A stretch of 64,000 bases of DNA from Candidatus Thorarchaeota archaeon. Lineage in GTDB: Archaea; Asgardarchaeota; Thorarchaeia; Thorarchaeales; Thorarchaeaceae. The position numbers were made by a program, and so were the translations under genes. Location of the stretch: the NCBI GenBank assembly GCA_011364905.1, contig RDNZ01000005.1:32001-96000 (forward strand), written 5' to 3'. The notes under the pieces are model-generated. The model saw only the letters and a list, made by a program, of their open reading frames with translations, did not search any database and was not told where the DNA came from. Positions within the stretch are counted from its first letter, which is position 1, and each line of letters opens with the position of its first letter. Shown here piece by piece: positions 51,124 through 61,122 of this stretch.

Positions 51124-51807
51124 CTATTCACTCATTATCAGGGTGTCTGTTATTATATCGTATATTTCATCAACCACTCGCTCAAGTGACTGCTCAGAAT
51201 TAATAATTCTGAATGTCCCCACATCGTTTTCAGCTATCTCAAGATATGCTTGACGAACCTTGACAAGACGATCGAGCTTCTCAAACTGTAGATTAGCTTT
51301 CCCAGTCCGACCAGTAGCTCGTTCCAAGCCAATCTTTGCTGGTACATCGAGAATGAACACAATATCAGGTTCTGGTGAAGAGATCTCTTCACGGTTTCTT
51401 CTGAGGATTTCTTTCCAGGAGAGATTTGTGACTGTTGATTGATAAGCTCCCGTAGCAAAGAAATACCTGTCTAGAAGAACCACTTTGCCTTCCTTAAGAG
51501 CTGGGAGAATTCTATTTGCAATATGCCATTCACGGTCTCGGATGAAAAGTTCAAGCTCCTCCTCCGGAGTGAGTTCTCCTTTTGGAGACCGCTCTCTAAT
51601 TTCCTTTCCCCACTGACTTTCATTGGTGGGCTCTCGAAGATGAATAACGGTATAACCATCTGACGTGAGCCGCTTTAGCAATTCCTTGCAAGCACAAGTC
51701 TTGCCTGAACCGTCAATTCCCTCAAGGACGAAGAGAAAGCCACTGTACTCTTTTTTAGCTTCATCAACCAAGACGGAAATCCCCGCTGTGTAAACAGGAT
51801 TTCTCAA
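51124..51807 (-). CDS. tmk: Thymidylate kinase
   Basis: EGIDGSGKT, REP, DR, DRY..ATGAYQ, PD; true start may be the TTG at 51771. Confidence 0.95.
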   Translation of the reverse strand: MRNPVYTAGISVLVDEAKKEYSGFLFVLEGIDGSGKTCACKELLKRLTSDGYTVIHLREPTNESQWGKEIRERSPKGELTPEEELELFIRDREWHIANRILPALKEGKVVLLDRYFFATGAYQSTVTNLSWKEILRRNREEISSPEPDIVFILDVPAKIGLERATGRTGKANLQFEKLDRLVKVRQAYLEIAENDVGTFRIINSEQSLERVVDEIYDIITDTLIMSE

Positions 51808-51897
51808 ACTCGAGTACGTATTAGATGCTTCGGTAAGGTCCCAAAAAGCAAAGCTTAAATTATTGATGTTGTAGGACAGGTTGACCTATCCTAGGGT

Positions 51898-52401
51898 GTG
51901 AATGCCACGCGGCGACAAGGATATTCTCTCGCTCTTACACTCATTGTGGTTCTGATGATGACTCTAGCTATCACAATAGACGCGCAGGGTGATAATGAGA
52001 ACATCGTTGCAGCGCAGGGAATCACACTCAGTATAGACTTTGGAAATGGAACAACCAGAGAATATGACAACCTCAATGGATCAACTGTTCTCGATGTCAC
52101 ATCGTCAGTTCTTGATGTTCAAGTGCAATGGTATGGATCATTTGCATATATCAGAGGAATAGAAGGGCATGTTGGCGCGGGAGATACTGGGTGGGAGTAT
52201 TGGGTGAATGGAGAATTCGCATCAATTGCGGTAAATCTCTATGTGCTTCATGATGGTGACTCAATATTGTGGAGGTATACAAATCCTCAACCACAAACGC
52301 AGTATGACCCAACATTCATCCCAGGATTGATTGTTGTATCGCTATCTGGCATGGGATTCCTAGGTATTGTCTACATTCAAACATCGAGGAGAATAAAATG
52401 A
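51898..52401 (+). CDS. DUF4430 (transcobalamin beta-domain-like) membrane-anchored protein
   Basis: Signal peptide, TVLD, YIRGIEG, GWEYWVNG, L.DGDSILWRY, C-terminal TM. Confidence 0.85.
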   Translation: MNATRRQGYSLALTLIVVLMMTLAITIDAQGDNENIVAAQGITLSIDFGNGTTREYDNLNGSTVLDVTSSVLDVQVQWYGSFAYIRGIEGHVGAGDTGWEYWVNGEFASIAVNLYVLHDGDSILWRYTNPQPQTQYDPTFIPGLIVVSLSGMGFLGIVYIQTSRRIK

Positions 52402-53138
52402 AACACAGTTTTGCCACTATGCTAGTTATTGCAGTGCTTCTTTTTCCAATCAGTGTTCAAGCACAAACAAGCGATTTTGGCGTAAGTAAAGGAAATTCGG
52501 TAATTTGGGACGTCGAAATTGGCACTAACTTCACGCTATGGTATACTGGCGGTGGATATTGTGCAATTGAAAACGGGAGTACTATGAGTTTCGATGTATC
52601 AGAAGTGAATCAGGAGGTTTTCGGCATATTGAATATCGGAAATGTGACTGTGCCAGCAAATGACACCGCGGTTGCCCTTGATTTGACCCTGGGAATCTGG
52701 CCAAGTTGGTTGACTGGGTTATTCGTTGAGGTTGGTCAACAGAATATCCATAATCTCAATGAATCAGCTTATGCGGCAGCGGAGAGAGTATCAGGAAACT
52801 GGATGAATGGAACAATCACCTCACGATATGAGAACATCTCAGTGGGTGAGGGCCTTCAGGAATGCATTGTGTTTGATTATCAACAAGACCCGCCTGGAAC
52901 TCAGATCACTCATCTTGCATATTCCTTAGCCTTTGGCGTGCTTGTCGAAGCTAATACAAGTGTGACATTCGGAAGCACCTACAAGCTTGTCCTTTCACTC
53001 AGGGGGGATCAAGGCTACCCAACAGTAGTTGACTTCAGTGCGAACTTGGGGAGATTGATTGTGTTTGGAGGGGTTGTGGGAGGCGGATTGCTTGCTGTGA
53101 TAGTCATTGTATATGTACAATTAAGCCGCAAGAAGTAA
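52398..53138 (+). CDS. Secreted, C-terminally anchored hypothetical protein
   Basis: Signal peptide, beta-rich body, TM followed by RKK. Confidence 0.65.
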   Translation: MKHSFATMLVIAVLLFPISVQAQTSDFGVSKGNSVIWDVEIGTNFTLWYTGGGYCAIENGSTMSFDVSEVNQEVFGILNIGNVTVPANDTAVALDLTLGIWPSWLTGLFVEVGQQNIHNLNESAYAAAERVSGNWMNGTITSRYENISVGEGLQECIVFDYQQDPPGTQITHLAYSLAFGVLVEANTSVTFGSTYKLVLSLRGDQGYPTVVDFSANLGRLIVFGGVVGGGLLAVIVIVYVQLSRKK

Positions 53139-53156
53139 TGCAGAAGGGATGGTTGG

Positions 53157-53795
53157 GTGGAAACCGAGAAGTCACAGAGAAAGATTAGCGACAGTAGATG
53201 GATTTCCATTACTGCCATCATGACTGCTTTGGCGTTGGTTGGCAACTACGCTCTGGTAGCTATACCAAATCTAGAGTTGGGATCAACTGTACTGTTTGTA
53301 ACAGCATATATCTTTGGAGCAGCGATGGCCATCTGGTCAACGCTCATCATGTCCGTACTCTTCGGCATCATCAATCCGTGGGGAGCATTTATTCCGCAAA
53401 TATGGATCTCTCAGGTGATTGGGTGGTTCTACATAGTCGCAATCGGGTCAATCATGGGAAGGCAGGGTAAGTCAGGAAAACGACTGCAGCCAAAAGGATG
53501 GGAACTTGCTGTCACTGGAGCTTTCGTGACGTTCATTTTTGAGCAAATCACTAACCTTGGATATTCGGTCACTTTTGCTGTTCCGTTCATAATAGCAGTA
53601 ACAGCTGCGATTCCATTCTCGGTCATTCACATTGTTTCCAATGCTGTAATCTTCGCTCAAGTTGTTCCTATGATGGATACCGCTTTGAGGAAACAGTTCA
53701 AAGACCTTATCTGGAATGCCGAATCAAGCATAAAAGTCGAAACATTGGAGTATGTGCAATTTGACATGGAAGGAAGAGTTCATCAGGCTCTCTGA
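53157..53795 (+). CDS. ECF transporter S component (CbrT-like)
   Basis: AxxxAL in TM1, IPNLE, about six TMs, HIVSN. Confidence 0.8.
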   Translation: METEKSQRKISDSRWISITAIMTALALVGNYALVAIPNLELGSTVLFVTAYIFGAAMAIWSTLIMSVLFGIINPWGAFIPQIWISQVIGWFYIVAIGSIMGRQGKSGKRLQPKGWELAVTGAFVTFIFEQITNLGYSVTFAVPFIIAVTAAIPFSVIHIVSNAVIFAQVVPMMDTALRKQFKDLIWNAESSIKVETLEYVQFDMEGRVHQAL

Positions 53796-54399
53796 AGCTG
53801 CAGATGGTCGTGTCGCACCAGCTTTCAAGCCACATCACGCTGCAGTTGGTCTGATTATGATTGCCAGAGAGCAACCTCTCGGGAGATATGAACTCTGTGA
53901 AAAGATGTCGATAGGGGAGGGAAGTGTAAGAACCCTGCTGAAAAGACTCACAGAGGCGGAATACATTGAACCTGAAGGAAAGCAGGGACAACGCTTGACA
54001 GCCAATGGAAAGAGGCTGTTCGAGGAGATGTCTCGCGACGTCCCGATTGGATTGATGCTAGACATTCACAGACTTGTGATGTACGAATACGCATATGCGA
54101 ACTTGGTCAGAAACAAGGCATCGGAGGTAACCGATGGTGTTCGACAAAGAGATGAGGCAATCATCCAAGGGGGCTACGGTAAAGCAGGTGCGACAACCTT
54201 AATCCAAAGGAACATTCGTTTGGTCATGCCTCCTGACGATTTTCACATTCTTGTTGCCTACGAGCCTGAAACACTTCTTATCATTGAGAGCCTTAGACCA
54301 GAGAACAACGACGTTGTTGTCATTGGCTCTGCGGATGATCCAAACTTGGCCAGGGAGGTCTCAATGGCCGCAGTCATGACACTCTTTGATGAGGGGTAG
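53752..54399 (+). CDS. wHTH + DUF4443-type putative transcriptional regulator
   Basis: PLGRYEL...IGEGSVRTLLKRL, QRDEAI..G..GATTL. Confidence 0.75.
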   Translation: MCNLTWKEEFIRLSEAADGRVAPAFKPHHAAVGLIMIAREQPLGRYELCEKMSIGEGSVRTLLKRLTEAEYIEPEGKQGQRLTANGKRLFEEMSRDVPIGLMLDIHRLVMYEYAYANLVRNKASEVTDGVRQRDEAIIQGGYGKAGATTLIQRNIRLVMPPDDFHILVAYEPETLLIIESLRPENNDVVVIGSADDPNLAREVSMAAVMTLFDEG

Positions 54400-54401
54400 G
54401 T

Positions 54402-55235
54402 ATGCAATCAGACCTTTTCGGCAATGTACCGGAGATTGTCATTGATGTACATGAAACTGGCGGAAAACGGAAGAATGCTGTGAAGCACCTCATGTCCATG
54501 TTGGACAAGGAGCAAATCACATACTCCGTTCAGAAAATCCCCATCGGAGACATCCTTGGAGTTGACGGCATCGCAATCGAGAGAAAGACCGTTAGTGATC
54601 TTGTGAACACACTGAAAGGCAGCGCTTCAGGCGTACCGAGGCTAACCAAGCAACTGGATGCGCTTGTTTCATATGACAAGCCCTATGTCTTGATTGAGAA
54701 CATTCTTGCGATTCGGAGAGACCCCGTAAAGAGTTGTATCTACATTCCATTCTCGACCAAACAGACCAAGGGAAAACCATACTATGTGACAATGGAACGC
54801 GCCAGCTTCATTCATCCAAATTCATTAGATGCCCTAATAGATAGCATAGGTGAGAGAGGAATCACGATTCTCAAAGGTTTCAATGCGCTCCATTCAGCAG
54901 GATTGCTCTACGGAGTCCTAGTGGGTGAAGAGGCGAAAAGAGAGCAAAAAGGACAACGTCTTCCCGTGATAAGAACAAGGAAAGGACTGGACTCTATGAA
55001 TGATGAACAGGAATTCTTCATCGCTGGCTTTCCTGGCATTAATGTCGTTCGTGCAAAGAGTATTCTCGAACACTTTGGATCACCTCAAGAGGCGATCCTT
55101 CAGATTGATGACTGGGGTAAAATACCAGGGATAGGTCCAAAAACTATAGCTTCAGCAAAGAAGCTCCTCTACTCGGACTATGAAGTCGCAGAAGGAGAGA
55201 CTTCTGAGACTAATGATGATCCAGTGAACTCTTGA
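54402..55235 (+). CDS. XPF/ERCC4 structure-specific nuclease, short form with HhH
   Basis: IVIDVHE, GD, ERKTVSDL, PGIN, IPGIGPKT. Confidence 0.88.
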   Translation: MQSDLFGNVPEIVIDVHETGGKRKNAVKHLMSMLDKEQITYSVQKIPIGDILGVDGIAIERKTVSDLVNTLKGSASGVPRLTKQLDALVSYDKPYVLIENILAIRRDPVKSCIYIPFSTKQTKGKPYYVTMERASFIHPNSLDALIDSIGERGITILKGFNALHSAGLLYGVLVGEEAKREQKGQRLPVIRTRKGLDSMNDEQEFFIAGFPGINVVRAKSILEHFGSPQEAILQIDDWGKIPGIGPKTIASAKKLLYSDYEVAEGETSETNDDPVNS

Positions 55236-55302
55236 TATTGCCAGCTCACAAGTTTTAAAAGAAGTAACTATTCTATGACTATAGAATACTTGACAAGGTG
55301 AA

Positions 55303-56397
55303 ATGACTATGGGAGATGTCCGAATAGCAATCGCAGGACTCGGAAACTGTGCGTCTGCACTCATACAAGGCACACACTATTATAGAAACGCCAAGGCAGA
55401 TGAAGAAGTTCCTGGTCTAATGCATGTTGATTTTGGAGGTTATTTTCCTAAGGACCTAAAGGTCGTGGCAGCTTTTGAGGCAAACAGGAAGAAGATTGGA
55501 CTCGATGTTGCCGAAGCTATGTGGGCGGAACCCAATTGCTGCGCTGCGTTTGCCCCCGACTTCCCAAAAACGGGTGTTAAGGTATTGCCCGGACCCATCT
55601 CGGATGGTGTAGCTCCTCACATGCGAGAATCTTTCTTCGCATATGACGAGAAGGAAGTAGAACCGGTAAATGTTGCGGAAGAGCTGAAGAAAGCAAAGGC
55701 AGACTTGCTTGTCACATACCTCCCGGTTGGGAGTGCTGATGGCACTAGGATTTATGCTAAGGCCGCATTAGAAGCCGAGATTGGATACATTAATGCCATC
55801 CCAGAGTTCATTGTTTCTGACCCCAAATCACCGATTGCGCAAGCATTCGAAAAGAAGGGACTTCCTTGTGCAGGCGATGACATCAAGAGCCAACTAGGTG
55901 CGACAATCTTGCATCGTGTCCTAGCTCAACTATTTGACAAAAGAGGGCTTATTCTGAATAATACATACCAGCTCAACATAGGCGGAAATACTGATTTTGA
56001 AAATATGCAGGTTGAGAACAGATTGACCTCAAAGAGGATTAGTAAGACCGAGGCAGTCACAAGCTGTGTTGATTACGAACTCCCAACCAAGATTGGTCCA
56101 AGTGACTATGTGCCATTTTTGGGAGATAACAAAGTTTGCTACATTAGTATGCGTTCGAGAGCCTTTGGAGACTTACCAATAGACCTCGATCTGAAATTGT
56201 CAGTCCAAGACTCACCGAACAGTGGTGGCGTTATTATCGATGTTGCCAGAGCCGTTAAAATCGCTCTGGACCGAGGCATAGGAGGAGAACTATCCAGTAT
56301 CAGCTCCTATAGTTTCAAGCACCCAAGATATCAGATAGACGACTTCGAAGCAAGAAATCGCGTAGATGAGTTTATCGAGGGCAAACGCGAACGGTAG
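55303..56397 (+). CDS. ino1: myo-inositol-3-phosphate synthase
   Basis: GLGNCASALIQG, YLPVGS, GDDIKSQLGAT, QLNIGGNTDF, SKRISKT, DSPNSGG. Confidence 0.96.
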   Translation: MTMGDVRIAIAGLGNCASALIQGTHYYRNAKADEEVPGLMHVDFGGYFPKDLKVVAAFEANRKKIGLDVAEAMWAEPNCCAAFAPDFPKTGVKVLPGPISDGVAPHMRESFFAYDEKEVEPVNVAEELKKAKADLLVTYLPVGSADGTRIYAKAALEAEIGYINAIPEFIVSDPKSPIAQAFEKKGLPCAGDDIKSQLGATILHRVLAQLFDKRGLILNNTYQLNIGGNTDFENMQVENRLTSKRISKTEAVTSCVDYELPTKIGPSDYVPFLGDNKVCYISMRSRAFGDLPIDLDLKLSVQDSPNSGGVIIDVARAVKIALDRGIGGELSSISSYSFKHPRYQIDDFEARNRVDEFIEGKRER

Positions 56398-56419
56398 TAA
56401 ATATCAAAAAAAGAAGAGC

Positions 56420-56441
56420 CAGCCTAGAAGTAACTAGGCTG
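56420..56441. terminator. Hairpin between the convergent ino1 and M42 genes
   Basis: CAGCCTAG/CTAGGCTG flanked by an A-tract and a T-tract. Confidence 0.55.
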
Positions 56442-56452
56442 CTTTTAATTCT

Positions 56453-57601
56453 CTAAAGAGTTGTGAAGCTCTTGACTGTCTTTTCATCGAGTTTCTGGAG
56501 TACTTCAACTAGAAGTTGGACTGCATTCTCAACATCGCTAAGATCCAGCATACCATGATGAGAGTGGATGTATCTTGTCGGAATCCCAAGATACAAAGAT
56601 GGAGCACCCATTCCTGCAAGATGGATTTGACCTGCATCAGTCCCGCCGGCCTTGATAAATGATGGTTGATACCGTATACCCTTCTCTTCAGCGATTTCCA
56701 AGACGAATCTTCGCAGCTTTGGATTTGGAATCATGGATGAATCACCAGCGGAGATTGAAACGCCTTTGCCCATCTTTGCAACGATGCCCTCGACTTCAGG
56801 CGAGTCTCCAGAGATGTCCACATCGAGAGCGAATCCAATGTCAGGTTCAATCATTTGAGCAGATGTCTTCGCACCTCTAAGACCGACTTCCTCCTGAACG
56901 GTTGAACAGAAAAAGACAGTGTTTGGAAGTTCGATGTTGTTTTCGGAAATGCGTCGTAATGCCTCAAGGACAATGAACACGCCAATTCTGTCATCGAAGG
57001 CTTTTGCAACAGCGAGAGTGACTTCGCGAGTTTCCCCTTTTGCATCTTTGCTATCTTCATCCTTCTTTTCCTTTCTCTTTCGTTTCATTGTACGAAAGGA
57101 AGAAAGAGGTACTGCAGGGTCTCCCACGCGAATCCCAAGCTCCTTTACATCAGCTACTGATGAGCAGCCAATATCGATATACATCTGGTCTTTTGTGACT
57201 ACTTTGCCACGCATCTCAGGGGTAAGAACATGCGGTGGTGGTGCACCAATAATGCCTACTAGTTTTTCTCCCTTGAAAGATTGAATCACCACCTCTTGGG
57301 TCAACAAAGTCTGATCCCACCAGCCCCCTAGCTGATGAAACTCCAAATAGCCCTCTTTCTTAATGTTGGTTATCACAAAACCAATCTCATCGACATGCCC
57401 AGCTATCATGATTTTGGGGCCTTTGCTTCCCTTCTTGAAAATCACAGACCCCAGTCCATCATGCAATATCTCATCAGCGTATTTCTGGCCATGTTTCTTT
57501 GCGACTTTCTGCGCCTCTTCCTCGTGCCCACTTGGTCCGAAGGCTTCGCAGAGTTCTTCTAATAATTTCAGGTCAAGATCTATCTTGGTCATGAAACCCA
57601 C
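56453..57601 (-). CDS. M42 family (TET-like) aminopeptidase
   Basis: GPSGHE, AGHVDEIG, KAFDDRIG, QEEVGLRGA, GGTDAG, RYIHS. Confidence 0.95.
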   Translation of the reverse strand: MGFMTKIDLDLKLLEELCEAFGPSGHEEEAQKVAKKHGQKYADEILHDGLGSVIFKKGSKGPKIMIAGHVDEIGFVITNIKKEGYLEFHQLGGWWDQTLLTQEVVIQSFKGEKLVGIIGAPPPHVLTPEMRGKVVTKDQMYIDIGCSSVADVKELGIRVGDPAVPLSSFRTMKRKRKEKKDEDSKDAKGETREVTLAVAKAFDDRIGVFIVLEALRRISENNIELPNTVFFCSTVQEEVGLRGAKTSAQMIEPDIGFALDVDISGDSPEVEGIVAKMGKGVSISAGDSSMIPNPKLRRFVLEIAEEKGIRYQPSFIKAGGTDAGQIHLAGMGAPSLYLGIPTRYIHSHHGMLDLSDVENAVQLLVEVLQKLDEKTVKSFTTL

Positions 57602-57678
57602 TCATTTATCTTGAATCGATATCGACCTTAAAATTCGCCTCTTTAGTGGTTTTGGTTTGAGGACTAAAAGAGAAAAGT

Positions 57679-58221
57679 CTAGGAAATTGATAGAGAACTT
57701 TTCGCAAGTATACTGAATGCTTCTTCAACGTTCTGCCCAGTGAGTGCACTTGTTTCAAGATAGCCAACCAGATTCTGCTCACGAGTGAATTCTTCACCCA
57801 TCTCCCGGGTTATCACTCGGTGTTCAGCCAAGTCCACCTTGTTCGCCAACAGAATGATAGGGATCCGCTCACCCAACGCATCTTCGGTTTCCTTAATCCA
57901 TTTTGGCAATTCCAGCCAAGTGCTCTTTCGTGTTGTGTCATAGACAAGCAGAGCACCTTTAGAGCCACGATAGTAGCTTCCTCGAATGAAGTCGAACCTC
58001 TGCTGTCCAGCAAGGTCCCATACGAGAAGTTTAACTACAATATTTCGACCATTTGCAGCTTCGACAGCGACTGTCTTGACTGCAAATTGCGACCCGATGG
58101 TCACAATATACTCTTCCGAGAACTTGTGTGTAAGAAAGCGGTTGACTAAGGCGGTCTTTCCACTGCCTCCTGCGCCAATCATGACGACCTTTCGCATGTA
58201 GTCAAAACCACCGCTACTCAA
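57679..58221 (-). CDS. Rab-like small GTPase without a C-terminal prenylation motif
   Basis: FDYMRKVVMIGAGGSGKT, TIG, WDLAGQQRF, YYRG, NKVD, ETSA; TTG start after GGTGA. Confidence 0.92.
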   Translation of the reverse strand: MSSGGFDYMRKVVMIGAGGSGKTALVNRFLTHKFSEEYIVTIGSQFAVKTVAVEAANGRNIVVKLLVWDLAGQQRFDFIRGSYYRGSKGALLVYDTTRKSTWLELPKWIKETEDALGERIPIILLANKVDLAEHRVITREMGEEFTREQNLVGYLETSALTGQNVEEAFSILAKSSLSIS

Positions 58222-58454
58222 GTACTCACCTTTCCGCTCTATTAAGGGATTCACATAGGGGGTGCTTGATTGCTTCCACCCGCAGGTTTCCTTATTCGAA
58301 CTTCGCTCCTCTGTATTTAGCCTTTTATGGGTCGAATGTATTAAAGTCAAAAGGCTCTTTGCCATATCATGAGTGGTTGGCGCGGAGTTTCTAAGGCGTA
58401 GTATCGACTTATATCCGGTATTACCCGGTTAACACCAGTTGAGAGGAATTACAT

Positions 58455-58634
58455 GTGCAGCTTGTTACTGTTAAGATGAGTGATATCTACGTAAAGGGTC
58501 TTGACAAACTAGTGGAAATTGGCATGTATCCGTCGAGAAGCGAGGCTATTAGGGTAGCTATAAGAGATCTTCTTCGCAGGGAGCTGTGGCCCGCTGAAGG
58601 AAGTCCTATAAACATGGAACAGGAAACTGGATAG
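58455..58634 (+). CDS. Ribbon-helix-helix regulator, CdrS/CopG-like (59 aa, below the ORF-track cutoff)
   Basis: MQLVTVKMSDIYVKGLDKLVEIGMYPSRSEAIRVAIRDLLRRELW...; GAGG SD upstream. Confidence 0.88.
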   Translation: MQLVTVKMSDIYVKGLDKLVEIGMYPSRSEAIRVAIRDLLRRELWPAEGSPINMEQETG

Positions 58635-58716
58635 AACAGTGCTAGATGCACACAAGACACATTAAGATATATGAGTTGAATTTGCTAACTACCCTTGCTT
58701 TAAGGAGGACAATTGA

Positions 58717-59232
58717 TTGAACTTCAGGGTATTCTTCAAAAGCGTGAAATTCGCATTCAGAGCTAGAATTCGAGTGCTGGCATTCATTCTAATCTATGCG
58801 ATTCTTTTCATTATAGTATCGAAAGGTATGACAAATAATCCCAGTGAATGGCTCACATATTTTGGAATGGCGTTTATTGTTGCAACAATTTATGCGATTC
58901 TAATCTCACAATTTAGAAGAAGAGATATTTCAATCTTCAAATGTATTGGATGGGATAACAATAACGTAATGCTATTGATGGTGGGAGAGGTCGTACTAGT
59001 TTCATTCAGCGCATTTCTACTGGTCTTTCAAGTCAGCATTGAGATTATTGGTTTCATAGGCTACTTTGGATCATCAGCACTACTAACTAGTATTCGGGAC
59101 TTACTCTTCATAGACCTGAGCTCAATGGCTGTGACACTATTGGTGATAATTGTTTGTCAAATACCGGGGCTGCTTCTGTCCATGTATAGAGCAACAAAGA
59201 TACCTCCGATGAGGGCACTAAGGGAGGAATGA
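58717..59232 (+). CDS. Minimal FtsX/LolE-like ABC permease
   Basis: RRRDISIFKCIGW, E in the following TM, C-terminal RATKIPPMRALREE. Confidence 0.85.
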   Translation: MNFRVFFKSVKFAFRARIRVLAFILIYAILFIIVSKGMTNNPSEWLTYFGMAFIVATIYAILISQFRRRDISIFKCIGWDNNNVMLLMVGEVVLVSFSAFLLVFQVSIEIIGFIGYFGSSALLTSIRDLLFIDLSSMAVTLLVIIVCQIPGLLLSMYRATKIPPMRALREE

Positions 59233-59235
59233 GAT

Positions 59236-59922
59236 ATGGCAGGACCAATAATTGAACTTGAAGATGTCAATAAGGAATTTGGAAAAGGGAAAAACACTGT
59301 AGCAGCTCTCAAGGATGTCAATTTACAAATTGAGGCTGGAGACTTCGTAGCAGTCCTTGGACCCAGCGGATGCGGAAAGTCTACGCTTCTACATGTCATG
59401 TCGGGTCTTGAAGCACCTTCATCAGGTCGCGTGCTTGTTGATGCTGTTGATGTCACACTCATAAGTGAACGAGATATGCCTAAGGTTCGTGCTCAGAAGA
59501 TTGGCTTTGTCTTTCAATCATTTCTCTTGGTGGAACACCTCACAGCGTATGAAAATATCGAGGCTGTCCTCTGGCCTAGAACAGATATGACTAAACAAGA
59601 ACAAGAGGAAAGAACCTTGTCAGTCCTCCGTGAGGTAGACATGCTTGAGCGAAGAGACCACTTTCCAAGACAGCTTTCTGGCGGAGAGCAACAGAGGGTT
59701 GCCATAGGAAGAGCACTTGTTAATGAGCCCCCAATCCTGTTTTGCGATGAGCCTACCGGGAACCTCGACTCAAAGACAGGTGAGAACATTCTCAAAATCA
59801 TCGCTCAACTCAATCGTGAGAAGAGGATGACAGTTGTTCTTGTCACACACAATCAGGATATCGCTAAGTTTGCTAAAAGAACACTCAGCATGAAAGATGG
59901 AGTAATAAGAAGAGCAACATAA
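59236..59922 (+). CDS. ABC ATP-binding protein, LolD/FtsE/MacB class
   Basis: [35 protein letters not shown]. Confidence 0.95.
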   Translation: MAGPIIELEDVNKEFGKGKNTVAALKDVNLQIEAGDFVAVLGPSGCGKSTLLHVMSGLEAPSSGRVLVDAVDVTLISERDMPKVRAQKIGFVFQSFLLVEHLTAYENIEAVLWPRTDMTKQEQEERTLSVLREVDMLERRDHFPRQLSGGEQQRVAIGRALVNEPPILFCDEPTGNLDSKTGENILKIIAQLNREKRMTVVLVTHNQDIAKFAKRTLSMKDGVIRRAT

Positions 59923-59945
59923 TCCAACACGAGGACCTGATAGTC

Positions 59946-60779
59946 ATGGGTCAGTCAGAGTGCCAGAAACTGGAGAAGCTGGCTGAAGAAATGGCAGACT
60001 CGGGGAAGAACAAAGAAGCGATGACGCTCTTTCAGAGAGTAGGCGATTGCTGGAAGAATTGGGAATCATTCTCAAGATCTGCTCAGGCATACGAACGCGC
60101 ATATGAGCACGGTATGCTGGCGCATGAGTATAATGAAGCAGCTCTGATAATGACAAAAGCTGGTTCCTCGTGGATCAAGCAGGGGGAACATGAGAAGTTC
60201 GAGATTGATTGTCAGATTGCAGCACAAGCCTATGTGTCAGCAGCTAAGGAGAAGAAGAACCCATACCTGCTTTTGGACGGGGCATTTTGTGCCATCACTG
60301 GTGGAGATTTGGATCTTTCAAGACAACTGATAGATGGAGTAATTCAAGTAACAAAAGGCGAAGTCACTGGTTTCATCGACCTCGCCTTGATGCTCACAGA
60401 GTATCGTTTTGGCGATGCGAACAAACTGATTGAAACAGTTCTAGCTGATGAGGTAGATAGGGAAGAGCTGGGAAAACTCAGGCATTCTTTTGAGTTGGTC
60501 CTAGCAGGTTTTGTCAGAACCTCTATTGAGTCCGAGGCAGCTGTGACTCTCGCAAGTCTTGAAGAGAGTACCGGACTTGAACGTAGACAGCTGAAGAAAC
60601 TCATTCTCAGACTGATCGAGAATGGATACATACCAGCCTATTTAGACGAGGTTTCTGAAGAACTGATTGTCGACAGCGACCGGTTCGATGTTTCATCTCT
60701 TGAAACTAGAAAACGACCTATACTAAGCAGAGATTTGGAGGACCCGGGTGCATGGGATATCGACCTTGATGAAGACTAA
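59946..60779 (+). CDS. Helical-repeat protein with a C-terminal PCI-like winged helix
   Basis: SNAP/TPR-like N-terminus; [12 protein letters not shown]...[21 protein letters not shown] matches the PCI wHTH pattern. Confidence 0.7.
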   Translation: MGQSECQKLEKLAEEMADSGKNKEAMTLFQRVGDCWKNWESFSRSAQAYERAYEHGMLAHEYNEAALIMTKAGSSWIKQGEHEKFEIDCQIAAQAYVSAAKEKKNPYLLLDGAFCAITGGDLDLSRQLIDGVIQVTKGEVTGFIDLALMLTEYRFGDANKLIETVLADEVDREELGKLRHSFELVLAGFVRTSIESEAAVTLASLEESTGLERRQLKKLILRLIENGYIPAYLDEVSEELIVDSDRFDVSSLETRKRPILSRDLEDPGAWDIDLDED

Positions 60780-60883
60780 TTGAATGAAGGTACTCATGCC
60801 GCGTGTGGCCCCTAGAAAACGTTTTTAGTACCATTGTTGAAACTCACAATAGCCTGCCCACTTACACACAGGTGATACTACTA

Positions 60884-61099
60884 ATGGCTGAAGGGCTGAA
60901 ATGGATGCAATGTCCTGTCTGCAAAGAATCGATCTATTGGGAGGTTCCAAAAGACAGTTTGAAGGACGTGAAACGTTTCCCAGTCCCCGTTGTTGTGAAG
61001 CACAAAGACCATTATCTTGTCTGCTATTTGGATAGCCATTTCCAGCTTGCTGACACCGAGATTGCCATTGCTGGCGTTGAGGGCAAAGAAAAGAAATGA
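60884..61099 (+). CDS. Small putative zinc-binding protein
   Basis: CPVC and H..H, FP, YLD motifs; ATG after a GGTGA SD. Confidence 0.7.
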   Translation: MAEGLKWMQCPVCKESIYWEVPKDSLKDVKRFPVPVVVKHKDHYLVCYLDSHFQLADTEIAIAGVEGKEKK

Positions 61100-61122
61100 T
61101 ACATAGAATTGCTGGTTTTCAA

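Noticed and set aside
58222-58365. N-terminal extension of the Rab-like ORF
   Set aside because: It runs through the divergent promoter region; the SD and TTG at 58221 fit a normal Rab length
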